From Octopus vulgaris (taxonomy: Eukaryota), in NCBI GenBank assembly GCA_951406725.2, contig OX597817.1, forward strand, positions 125,612,001 to 125,676,000: 64,000 nt of DNA. The letters are read 5' to 3'. A program made the position numbers and the translations under genes. Below, piece after piece: positions 39,031-50,797 of the stretch; within the stretch, counting starts at the first letter, position 1; each line of letters opens with the position of its first letter. The notes under the pieces are model-generated. The model saw only the letters and a program-made list of their open reading frames with translations, ran no database searches and was not told the origin of the DNA.

Positions 39031-40175
39031 AAGAAGACTTGTTCTTTATTTGTTTTCCATAAACTCTGTTGTAAGACACAGTCTTATTTGTTTTGCAGGA
39101 AGCTTGGTAAAATGATCTGTAGAGCTGGTGATAGATGATGAAGGTAACAAAAAGGGTTGTAGGTACGGACTTTAACAGGAGTATACTTATCAGGGAAACC
39201 CAATGAAATATTATTCATCCCGACGTCAATCCCCATCAAGTCAGTTTTGCTATGCTGGTACAGGAGTGTGGGTCTTCTCTGTGTGGGTCTTTGTTAATGA
39301 AGCGTCTGTTCTTTTGTCATCTCCTTTGAGTGATTCAGCTTATGATCAATTTTCACCACTTCACACCATGTCTTTCTTAGTTTCTCTCTCTCTTTCGCTC
39401 CTTCTGTTCAAAATTTTTTTTCCATTTTAAGTACACATCCCTTTATACAATTGGCATTCTCCATTTGCATCACATGCTTATTCAAGTGCATCCGACTTTC
39501 TGACTTGTTACATCTAAGCCCTCTTATGACCAAATTTTCTTTCAGATATTACTAAACATTTCGTTTAATGCTCAATAATCTCACCTAATGTTTTATGAGT
39601 TATGAAACATGTAACTGGGTGTCACTCGCATGTTAATGTATGTAACCAATAATGAAAAAAATATGATTTTCACAACTTGATGATTCAATACTAATTTTCA
39701 AAAATATTTATCTTTATTGAAGATATCATCATAACCATCTATTTATGAATAATATTACAGTAGCAGAAGTTAAAAATGAGATAAAATTACGTTGGAATTT
39801 GAACTTTGCTAGTTTCGATTCACTGAAATTATAAGAATTTGAAAATATTCGACTATTTTGACAATAACTGTTTGCAAAGAACTACTGCAAATTTGTTTGA
39901 ATTCATCATTAAAAAGAAAAAAACTCCCGAATCACTTTATTTATATCAGTTGTATAATATATTTCACCAATACTTTTTTTAAGATAGGAAAACATCTTCA
40001 GCAATTAGCTATTAAATATGTGATTTACTAATTAATTTTGCAGAGATTTCAAGGCAGTTTAGTGTTCTGCAAAGTTAAGTAAAACAGATCGCTGTACATT
40101 TGATGTAGGTCTTTTTGGTAGAATTCATCTCAATTCATGTTATATATCTGTAGAAAGATTTTAAATGGGAACACA

Positions 40176-40413
40176 TACTGATGAGAATTTATGTACAATT
40201 TATGTACATTATTTACATTTGACATATAGTTGCCCTCGTTTTGTTTGTTAACACAACGTTTCGACTGATATACCCTCCAGCTTTCATCAGGTGTCTTGGG
40301 GGAAATTTCGTGTTAACAACAAACAAGATGAGGGCAAATATCCGTAAAATATAAATAATGTAAATAATGTACATAATTCCTCATCTCTTAGATATAGAAC
40401 TGTACTGATGAGA
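40176..40413 (-). mobile_element. Palindromic non-coding mini-element containing a hammerhead, with 11-bp flanking direct repeat
   Basis: Inverted arms (TATGTACATTATTTACATT..TGCCCTC..TTGTTTGTTAACAC vs GTGTTAACAACAAACAAGATGAGGGCAA..AATGTAAATAATGTACATA); TACTGATGAGA at 40176-40186 and 40403-40413. Confidence 0.8.
40252..40293 (-). ncRNA. Minimal type-I hammerhead ribozyme
   Basis: cac-CTGATGA-aaGCTG-gagggtatat-CAGTC-GAAAC-GTT-gtg; core boxes intact, palindromic AACGTT stem III. Confidence 0.75.
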
Positions 40414-40889
40414 CTTTCATCAACTTTACTGTGAATGTTATTTGCAATTTGTTCTTCCAATAGAGAACAAATATAGAGTCAAGTGGATTGGACTGGGCCA
40501 TTTTAACTCTGGATGTTGTACAAACCACGCCAGGATTATAGTAATGAAATTTTGACTACTACATTCTTAAACTGTCAAACCTTATCTTTATGCACTCCTA
40601 TTTATCAGAATGAACTTCTGCAAATGTTCCAGGCTTATGAGAGAAAGTCAGTGTAGTTGATTGATTTGTAAACAAATAGCAACTGAATCTCTCTCCAACC
40701 AGACCTTTCCATCTTAAAAGATGAAAGGCATGATGTATCCTAGACATACTACAACTGTAGAAAAAAATAAAGGATAGCTACAACTGGAACATATTTGATA
40801 ATTAGTCTGTTTGATCAGAGATGACCTGAGCTAGATAACAACAACTAAGAATTTTTTCTCTTTGTTCCTCTTGGTTCTTTTTGTTTTAG

Positions 40890-40907
40890 ATTTGAGCTAA
40901 CAGCATG
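40890..40907 (+). other. Candidate 18-nt microexon
   Basis: ~40-nt polypyrimidine tract + ttttag / ATTTGAGCTAACAGCATG / gtaagt. Confidence 0.5.
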
Positions 40908-42619
40908 GTAAGTTGTAGCTAGTCTTTTGATCTGTAAATGTTTTTGCCATTTTCTTTCTTTCATAGCTATTTTTCTCTTTTGAACTCAGTTCATTAAGTG
41001 TAATATTGTAAAATTTCAAATCAGTCATTTTTTTTCTTTATTCACCTTTATCAGATTTTGTTCTTATGCTTTGCTATTCTCTTAAATAAAAAATTTAAGC
41101 ATAAAATAATATTACTTATACAAATGATTTCAATGCATCAAGAATTCGATCTATAATTATTTTTGCTTTGATACAAATGTTGAATAAGAAAAATGCTCGG
41201 TAAAAATAAAAATTAAAGAGATTTAAGTAACATTATAATAGCTAATTATACAGAAGGTAGATTTTCTTTATAGGAAAACACTACTTTGAAGACGATTATA
41301 GTAAATTATTATTACATTTTTATGGTTGACCAACAATTGAACTGCTAGAAATGGACACCAAATCTTCCACTTATACAGTTTACCATGTTAAGAAGGGGTT
41401 GGATACAATAGTAATAGAAAACGTCGTTTTGAATGTATTATATCTGCAGAAGAAAACTAGACTGACTGTGAAGTCTTAAAATGCAAATCTTTTCAATCAA
41501 GGCTTCACGTGATAACAAAACATTTAAAAACAACCAAAGAAATTTTAAAAAGTATTTTTATGTGTGTTTTAGTATATTTCGTTTGTGAATAATTAATGAA
41601 GCAAAGCTAAAAACAAAGAATCTACAATTAATAGTAAACTTCTTGTTCTCCAGTAAGCAGGAAAAGCATGGCAGTAGCTTAAGATACAGTTTTACATTTT
41701 AACCATTTTCTGACACAGTTCCTAATAAACTGCAGTATTATTCATCGATGGCATCATTGTCATTATTATCAAGACAGAGCAAGATACATGATTGGCACAT
41801 GAAGCATTTTTGTGAAATAAACGCATTTCTCAATCACTTCAAAACTATGTAATTTTGTTCCAGCCCAGGAGTCATAGTATGCAGTGAGTAGGTAATTTCT
41901 ACTTATGTCTAATAAGGAAGTGAAAGCTTCCAGTCATTTCATAGTGGTCCCAATTGACATCTAATTCTGGTGAGAGCACACGTAGCTTGAAAGGCAAATA
42001 TTAATCCATAGGGTCACTACAAAGTGGCCCTAGTGTCTTAAACCTTTTGTCTGAAATAATAATTGCTTTCTAAGGCATATCACAGTTAAAATGAACTTTT
42101 CACATATTAAATATGTGAATCGATCGAAGTTTGTTTATTTCACAAAACAGTTTCGACTGCGAACCAAATATTTTGTTCTGGTCTGGTCTGGTGGTCATAG
42201 TATGCAATCAATTAAGTTCTTCTAAACTCTTATAAGAATGAGAAATCTGTCATTTATTTTGCAGTTGTCCCACCTAGTATCTAATAGTGATGACAGCATA
42301 AGAAGCTTGTCAAATGTTTTTGCTCTGGTACACCTTTTGCCAAATGTGAGAATTATTTCTCCATGCCAACCCACAAAAAATGGTCTTTTACATGTCAAAT
42401 ATGTCTGAAACCTATCTGAACCAACAGACGATAGAAATGTTTATAAATTAGATAATTTATACTTCTAGTTCTCCAGTAAGCAGTGAAATCATGGCAGTAG
42501 CTTAATATACAGTTTTACATTTAAACCATTTTCTGACACAGTGAGTGAGCAAAATCGCCCTAAAATAACACTTAAGAGATCATGTTCAGTAATAATGGTG
42601 TCCTAGATATATTATAACT

Positions 42620-42905
42620 GAAGGAAAGTGGTTTAGTGGTTAGGGTATGCAAATCGTGATAGTAAAGTTGTGAGTTTGATATCTGGCAGTGCATTGTCTT
42701 TGAGGAAGACACTTTAATTTTTGTTGCTTCAATCTGTATTTCGAAGTGACGGCCTTGTCACACCCTGTCATGCTAAATCTCCCAAGAACAATGTTAAGGA
42801 TACATGTGTTGGTGGAGTGCTCAGCCACTTCCATGTTAATTTCGCGAACAGGCTGTTCTGTTCATCGAATCGGCTAGAATCCATGTTGTCGTAACACATG
42901 GAGGG
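42620..42905 (+). mobile_element. SINE family C with tRNA-like head
   Basis: GTGGTTTAGTGGTTAGGG...GAGTTTGATATC head plus body matching 38855-39030. Confidence 0.7.
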
Positions 42906-43450
42906 TCAGTTATAGCTGAAGAACAAATGGATTAACAATGCCTTTAATTATAGCCAATAGGTGAGTGTCAGCATATCAAATACAAAGGTAATTTAAATTC
43001 ATCACTTAGTGAGCAGGAACGGCAGTGCTCTTGACAATTAATTAGGGATCCAAGACTCGTGAATGGAATAGAGAAAGATATCTTCAAACATGAAACCTGG
43101 TCCAAATGCATGCAATTCAGTGGACTGTGCTAAAATCATTCAAAGTCGGGGTGGAGGTGTTAAATTGGGCGAAAGTTTCAGTTTGTAACGGAAGAAGACT
43201 ACAGTGATTTGAAATTAGAACATAAAGAGTTGGAACAAAATATCCGAAGATGTCTTGTCCAACACTGTCATAATTCAGCCAGTTCATCGTTCTGGATTGG
43301 CACTGTGTTATTGACACAGAACGGAAGAGTAGGGATATATATTGTGACACATTTCCCCCAAGACTGTGATGATTCCGCCTCTATTAACTGAAAGAGAATA
43401 AAATACGTAATTAGAAAAACATTATTTAATAATGAATATTATTATAATTA

Positions 43451-43700
43451 TCTAAGAAACACACAAAAACCGTTAGATTCACTTGAACATTTAAAATTAA
43501 TTTGTCAAAATATTTTCGTCGCTTTGAGACCGTGACCTGTTCGACGAAAATATCTTGACAAATTAAATTTAAATGTTAAAGTGAATCTAACGGTTTTTGT
43601 GTTTCTTAAATGGCTTATAAACACCTTCCACGCTGCAATTGTTTTCGTTCCAGCACACGATCTCAGATCAAGTCACTCGCTATGCAAGTACATCTCCGTA
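43451..43700. mobile_element. Palindromic mini-element (~70-bp arms plus one-sided extension)
   Basis: TAAGAAACAC..AAAAACCGTTAGATTCACTT.AACATTTAAA..TAATTTGTCAA.ATATTTTCGTCG pairs with its inverse at about 43540-43608. Confidence 0.8.
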
Positions 43701-44367
43701 ATTATAATTCCCATAATAATAATAATAATTTTCAATTTTCATGTATGATTTTACTCTGATCAGATTTCATGTGAAAGTCATTTGAAGAAAATCTGTTATG
43801 AAATAAAACTTATTATTTACAGACTTCAGATTCTCATGTATTATAGTATATATCTTCATATATTCAAGTTTATATGAACGTAATATTATTTCAACTTTTT
43901 TTTCCATTTCAAACTGGGAGACAGGGTAAGAAAATTCAGGAAATGGAGCATTTATCAAAACATCAATGAAAATTAAGTGAGTTTGATTTTAAAGTTCATT
44001 AAAAGAATATAATTTTGAAGCCGACGCCATTGCACAAAAATAAAAAAAATCCACAAAATTCATATGAAACGTATGAGTGATAAATCCACCATTAAAATTT
44101 CAGATACTCAAATAGAAAATTAAGATAAAGAAGACATTGTCATCATTTCTTACATCTATAAACAAATTAGAATCAAGCATTCATTAAGATTACCTTTTCT
44201 AAACAAATTAGTCGTAATAACAATCTTTTTGTAAACAGTCAATTACATTGTATATGTTTGAGTAAGTGTGTAAATACACACACGTGTGGGTGTATGTGTA
44301 TATGATAGTGGCACAACAAGACCAAAAACTGAGTCGAGATCAGTGAATAGTTTTATATTAAAAAATT

Positions 44368-44790
44368 ATAAATATTATTACAATACAATAACAATATTGC
44401 ACTGTAATACTATTTAAAATCTTTTACAGCTTGGGTTATCAGCCGAGTGTATTGGCATTGATGTAGCAGATTATTTTAAATTTTGTCATAGGTGAACCTA
44501 ACTGACGAAGACTAACCAGATATTCTAGAAAGTCCGAAACTCAAGTACTAAGTTGTCCATATCTCTGGCATTTCTCCTAGAGGTAAGACGAATTTTTTTT
44601 TATGTTCGCCGCCCGCACATAGCTTGCCTCTATACATTCAGTGAAGTTTTACATAGTGTCGTACAGGTTATAGACTGCTATTTCCAGCAAATATTGGTGC
44701 CTTGTTGTGCCACTTTTGACTATTTATAATTCATCCTTTACGTTGCTTATTGCTGGAAAATAATACTATTGTATTGTAATAATATTTATG
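44368..44790 (+). mobile_element. Non-coding element with 23-bp terminal inverted repeats and an internal hammerhead
   Basis: ATAAATATTATTACAATACAATA vs TATTGTATTGTAATAATATTTAT; abuts (TA)n. Confidence 0.65.
44495..44554 (+). ncRNA. Minimal type-I hammerhead ribozyme, imperfect stem I
   Basis: aacctaa-CTGACGA-aGACT..AGTCc-GAAAC-TCAA-GTA-ctaagtt. Confidence 0.6.
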
Positions 44791-44828
<38 letters not shown>

Positions 44829-45384
44829 GTATATATATATATATATATATATACATATATATACATACATAAATCCTTTGATGTTAACAGAAACACCAAA
44901 TGCACCAAAAACAATGTCAAATGAAGATTACAGCGTATAATACAGAGAAGAAATAGAACAGTTATTTATTATTACATGATTCCATCCTCTACCACGAATA
45001 AGCAATATATTGGTTCAATTATACATAGCAGAATGATCTTTTCAGACCTAATATAATGGTGTGCGTTGGATTTATAAGTCTTTAGAATTATCAGGAACTT
45101 CTATGCATTTAGACTAGCTATAAACAGAAAAACTAAAGGGTTAAATCTTTCTAGGCATATACTAGTGTTGTTGAAGATTGAAAGAGTTTCCTAATGCTAT
45201 TAAATTGGCGTTGTGTCAAATAACAAAAATGGGTTCTTTGATGTTAATAATATGGAATCCATGCTATGAAAACGGGAAATGACAAACTTTGTCTTTTATA
45301 AAGAAAGAAAAGGACATATACGTCTGCAAAAACTCTATATCCAAACTATAATATATTGAAGAAAAAAATTCCCTTCCGCTCTCA

Positions 45385-45390
45385 CTATAC

Positions 45391-45423
<33 letters not shown>

Positions 45424-45433
45424 AACTCACAAA

Positions 45434-45489
<56 letters not shown>

Positions 45490-45560
45490 TACATTTATAT
45501 ATGTACGTATCTACATGTATATATATATATATATGTGTGTATATATATATGTATATATAT

Positions 45561-45593
<33 letters not shown>

Positions 45594-45720
45594 CATGTAT
45601 ATACGTACATATATAATTGTATATGTATATATCGATATGCATATATGTATATATATATATACATACATACATACATATATATATATACACACACATACAT
45701 ATACGTATACATATATTTAT

Positions 45721-45755
<35 letters not shown>

Positions 45756-45830
45756 CACATATATATATATGCGTTTATGTATAAATATATGTATATGAGT
45801 GTATGTATACATAGATGCATATATATACAA
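45385..45830. repeat. Compound (CA)n/(TA)n microsatellite
   Basis: Direct reading; source of the 196-aa pseudo-ORF. Confidence 0.95.
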
Positions 45831-46804
45831 ATGAAATGCCGCACATTAACACTTCGTCGATAGATTACTCCTACACGTAATTCTGTCTGGTTAAGTCTTC
45901 TAGCTGGTATGGTGGAAAGTGCCACGTTTATGAAGTGATTAACATAGCTATTTTGCTCACAACATTCAACGTATTTGATTTACATATGCGCTGGTGTAGA
46001 CATTTTTCGCTTGTGTGTGTGTGTGTGTATCTGCACGAGTATATGCATGTGTGTGTGTATATGAATGTGTGTGTGTGTATGCATGTGTATGTATGCGTGC
46101 GTGGGTGCCTGAGTGAGAAAAAAAGAGAGAGAGAGAGAGAGAGTAATATTAGTTTATTAAGCAACTTGATCTTAGACCCTAAGATGTTGAAAATCGCGTT
46201 TTAACACAAAATCAGTAATAGTTAGATAATCGTTTATTCCCTCCATTTATCGAATGTCAAGGAGTTCCCTTATAATTTTTTTAGTAAGTGATATGTTGAA
46301 AATCAGTTACAAAAGCGTTTTTAGAACCTCGTATATTTTTGCTGTCTATTTTCTTTCTGTTCCCTCTTTTATTTCGTTGTTTCTCTACTTAAATAAATAA
46401 ATATCTTCTACTTTGAGTATGTTAAGGTAATATATAAAATATCTTTATCTTCTAGTCAGCTGTCATTTCTGGTTGTGAGTGAAACTGCTTTTTCTTTTAC
46501 TTTTTCTTGCTGAACTTTAAACCCATTGTATTGTGGTTGCTTGAACTTTAGTCTTGTGTTCCTTCCCTCACTTCCAAATTAAATTCCATTCTGTATTATA
46601 TATTTATTTTCATTTATTACCAACTTATATGTTTTTTTAGATAATAGTTATAAATAGACATTTTTCTTTATTGAGCATTTCGAGTTTTTCATTATGTATT
46701 TATAGTCTCACTCAAACTACATTTGAAATAACAACTTACAAAATACACCTAATAATAATAGATTCTGCAGAATTTGATATACTTATATCTGTTAAGACAA
46801 AAAC

Positions 46805-46844
<40 letters not shown>

Positions 46845-46853
46845 TATATATAT

Positions 46854-47075
46854 ACCGGAGTAAACACATAAATGTGAAACAAGGTGGATAAAAGAGTACT
46901 CAAATACCAGTGGTAGAGTAATATGCTTTAAAAGCAGCAGAAAATTCAACAAAATCTTTATTGAGTTTTCCATTGCCGTTCATCAGACAGTTTTTGCTAG
47001 AAAAAACTGTCTGATGAACGGCAACGGAAACTCAGAGTAACAGATTTTGTTGAATTTTCTGTTGCTTTAAATAAA
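46854..47075. mobile_element. Palindromic mini-element embedded in (TA)n, carrying back-to-back hammerheads
   Basis: Arms about 46929-46995 and 47001-47070 around a GCTAG loop; one-sided extension 46854-46925. Confidence 0.85.
47007..47043 (+). ncRNA. Intact-core minimal type-I hammerhead ribozyme
   Basis: ctgt-CTGATGA-a-CG-GCAA-CG-GAAA-CTC-A-GAG-TA-acag; GUA cleavage triplet, 4-bp stem I. Confidence 0.8.
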
Positions 47076-47109
<34 letters not shown>

Positions 47110-47111
<2 letters not shown>

Positions 47112-47459
47112 TTTACTCTTTACTCTTTTACTTGTTTCAGTCATTTGATGCGGCCATGCTGGAGCACCACCTTTTAGTACTTATTCTATCGGTCTCTTTT
47201 TGCCGAACCGCTAAGTGACGGGGACGTAAACACACCAGCATCGGTTGTCAAGCAATGCTAGGGGGACAAACACAGACACACAAACACACACACATATACA
47301 TATATATACATATATACGACAGGCTTCTTTCAGTTTCCGTCTACCAAATCCACTCACAAGGCATTGGTCGGCCCGGGGCTATAGCAGAGACACTTGCCCA
47401 AGATTGACTGAACCCGCAACCGTGTGGTTGGTTAGCAAGCTACTTACCACACAGCCACT
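47110..47459 (-). mobile_element. SINE family B with internal deletions
   Basis: Reverse complement matches 18673-19102. Confidence 0.9.
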
Positions 47460-47732
47460 AAATAATGAGGGAAATAAATTGAATATTAATTTAATTAATA
47501 TCAATTTAAAACCAGTAGCCTAGCATACAAAAATCTGAAAAATCAAAGAAAATTCTAATACATGTGTATATTTAAAGGGCTAAAAAACCACTAGTTGGTC
47601 AGCCGTATGCTAGAAGTAGATCACCTACCATCAAACTACAAAGAAAAGAATGTTCTCTTGAGGAAAATTCAGCGAACACCAGAACAATATGCGGGCAAGA
47701 CAGATGAAAATTATGTAAAAAACCAGAATTAC

Positions 47733-47807
47733 TCACAGACCGGCTGTTTCGCCTATTAACGAATGAATCACTTATGTAATCTCTCGTCCGTAGGCTCGTC
47801 AGTGTGA
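47733..47807 (-). ncRNA. Intact-core type-I hammerhead ribozyme with long loop 2
   Basis: tcaca-CTGACGA-GCCTA-(loop)-TAGGC-GAAAC-AGCCG-GTC-tgtga. Confidence 0.8.
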
Positions 47808-47814
47808 TCATTCC

Positions 47815-48252
47815 ACAGGTAAATCCAGCCTACAACTACTTCTGGGGGGACATTTTAAATTTTTATCCGGGACGTCCTACGTCCCAGATATAAAGGTAAA
47901 AATAAAATATTTCCACTTTGCAAGGTTCGAGTCGAGTACTCCCTTGCACGCTCCGTTGACTCGAACCTTGCTTCTATTGTAGCGAATTTACCGCCTCTGG
48001 TTAGATATCTTTCATAGTCGAACCAAGACACTTTTCGATGGTGCTTTCCTCCAGGTGTTCAAATCTTTTATTTTTCTCTATATTGTATACTTTATAGACA
48101 ATAATCTTTTCTTTAATTTAATTTTTTATTTCGTTTGGTGGTGTTATCCTAGATTCAACGTCTTTGTTGGTGATCAATCCGAAATAGATTTGTATTTCTT
48201 CCATTTTAATTTTAATGAGTTCGCGCCCGCCGACGGCTGTAGCGAAATTCAT
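47815..48252 (-). pseudogene. Decayed N-terminal part of an L1/Tx1-like ORF1 (RRM-type)
   Basis: MNFATAVGG...YLTRGGKFATIEARFESTERAREYS..LPLYLGRRTSRIKI*NVP.EV.VGW across frameshifts; family assignment from motif memory only. Confidence 0.4.
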
Positions 48253-48974
48253 TTTTGGACTTTCTTCTATCGAAGGCATTCTAACAAAACTGCTTCCGTA
48301 CAAACGGTGAAAATATTGTCAATTTCTCCAAACAGGGACACAATTCAACTTTTAAACAATAACCAAAGCTCCTTCTCCCAAAGGATGAAGGGTTACGGTT
48401 TACAATTATTTAACAAATGCAACACAACAACGTTTCCCTTACGAGGAACCAACAAACGTGATAACAATACTTAAACAGTAATAATAATAACAAACCTTAC
48501 GGTGAATCAAAAAGCAGTTCACAGTTGAAGCGATAGTCCTTAATGTATAAGAAATAAACCAACAGCAGTACTCAGTAGAAGCGGCTGTTCGAGAAAACAG
48601 ACATTACATACAGCCAAATTTCATATAGATACTTAATGCAAGCTAATTAGCAGATAATCTAATGTAAAAGCCGTGGTAAAGGGCATGTTCACACCTCTAT
48701 CTGGACTATTCCATTTCTGCACGCTAATTTTATTTTTAATTTATTCCCATTCATGTGAAACCACTTATTCAAGTTCAAGTCATTGATGCAATTTTATACC
48801 AATTGCTATTTTTACTTTTGTTATGTTACGATTATATTATACTTTAGTTTGATTTTGATTATTACTTACTACATATAATTCAATTGTTATTATTATCTCT
48901 AATTTTTATTGTTAAAGTGAAAATATCTGACATAAAACAGAGTAATGTTTTTGTTTCACTTTTAACACGTAATG

Positions 48975-49320
48975 CTGAAATAGTGGAGAAGATATGATAT
49001 TGCTATGGGCTCGTCCTAGCAAGAAGTTGAACATTTTTTTGCCCATGAAACTACATGGACTCTAAGTAAGGCATGTGTAAAATTTGAATGAAATTGATTT
49101 TCTCAAGTTTTAGGGAATCATAGTGGAGAAGATATGATATTGCTGTGGGCTCGCCCTAGGCAAAAAGTTGAAATTTGTTTTTGCCGATGACACTCCTCGG
49201 ACCTAAGTAAGGCATGTGTAAGATTTGAATGAAATTGGTTGTGTAGTTCTCAAGTTTTAGGGAAACACACAGACAGACAGACAGACACACATTCTCAGTT
49301 TTATATATATATATATATGA
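48975..49320 (+). mobile_element. 3' part of a Helitron/Helentron-like non-autonomous element with ~140-bp tandem duplication
   Basis: ATAGTGGAGAAGATATGATATTGCT..TAAGTAAGGCATGTGTAA..TTTGAATGAAATTG repeated twice; ends (ACAG)n-CATTCTCAGTTTTATATATAT, a Lep1/DINE-1-like terminus. Confidence 0.55.
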
Positions 49321-49457
49321 GAAATTAACTGAGTGAAAGCCAATGCGAATAGTACTTGATCTAATTAGAGTTCAATATTATTATACGTTTTAATTACGGG
49401 AAACTATGAGTAGCACGATAAGTACATGTAGTTGAAACGTTTAGTTATATATATGTA

Positions 49458-49495
<38 letters not shown>

Positions 49496-49539
49496 TTTGA
49501 ATTCCATTGGAATTCACTTGAATCTTAATTGTTTTTATG

Positions 49540-49584
<45 letters not shown>

Positions 49585-49651
49585 ATGTGTACGTGTGTAC
49601 TTATACACAAGGACATGCATATATATACACACATATATATATAAATAAATA

Positions 49652-50531
49652 CGAAGTGGTATCAAAGACTTCCCTTACTAGTTATGTTTAATAAGAAAAT
49701 AACTTATTTACCTAAGTTTTAATATCATCTTCGAAATTGTTACCTTGAACAGCGTTACACCGGTCCTAGCGTTCCCACATGAAAGTCGTCCCCCGTAGGC
49801 GAGTCGAGGACTTTAAATCTTGATGTTGACAACGGTGGTACAACGCTGACATTTGTGCTGCATTTTCCACTTGGGGAAGAGTTGGAAGTCCGTTGGTGCT
49901 AAATCTGGCGAATAGGGTGGGAGCAGAAGCAATACCATGTGGTTTTTGGAGAGAAACGCATGTGTGAGCACAGCTCGGTGACAGGCTGGATTGCCGTCGA
50001 GAAAAAACCAATTCTTCATGTTCCACAGATCCGGTTGCTTTAGCCGAATGCCCTCTCTCAAAAGCTTCAAAACGTCTTTGATGTGTCCTCCGACGATCCT
50101 CATGTACAAGTTGATAAATGTTATCAACATTTTCGAAGGTGACGCTCGTAGCATGTCTTCTAGATCGCTCATCGTCTTTCAAGGACGCTCTTCTGCTTTT
50201 GAAACTCCCGTGATACTCGAAACATTGCGTACTACCCTTCGCCTAGTCACCGTAAGCTTGCCGAAGCATGCTCTATGTCTCTGTAGCAGACATTCCAAGT
50301 TTAACGCAAAATATGTTGGCTCTTTGTTCTTGTTCATGAGAAAATCACAGACCACTGCATAAACGTGATCACTAAAGCACAAATTTCACAACTTGCTAAA
50401 TATACACAGCGATGTCATTTAACTCACTGCCTCGTGAAGGTCACTGCAAGCTCTCACTGCGCACGCAACTGTGTGCTGCCACATGTTGGTGCGCTACAGA
50501 ACTAGTTCGGGAACTTTATGATACCACCTCA
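49652..50531 (-). mobile_element. Internally deleted mariner element
   Basis: TA-flanked TIRs (CGAAGTGGTATCAAAGACTTCCC..ACTAGT vs TGAGGTGGTATCATAAAGTTCCCGAACTAGT); transposase pieces with WFFLDGNPACH and PPYSPDLAPTDF. Confidence 0.92.
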
Positions 50532-50534
50532 TAT

Positions 50535-50750
50535 TACTCTTTTACTCTTTACTCTTTTTACTTGTTTCAGTCATTTGACTGCGGTCATGCTGGAGCACCG
50601 CCTTTAGTCGAGCAATTCGACCCCAGGACTTATTCTTTGTAAGCCTAGTACTTATTCTATCGGTCTCTTTTGCAGAACCGCTAAGTTACGAGGGCGTAAA
50701 CACACAAGCATCGGTTGTCAAGTGATGATGGTGTGACAAACACAGACATA

Positions 50751-50797
<47 letters not shown>

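Noticed and set aside
45335-45925. 196-aa ORF and the many [12 protein letters not shown] ORFs across the window
   Set aside because: Dinucleotide repeat artefacts
48975-49265. Direct repeats considered as a CRISPR-like or other prokaryotic array
   Set aside because: Only two ~140-bp units with no spacers, in a eukaryotic TE context; no bacterial or viral genes in the window
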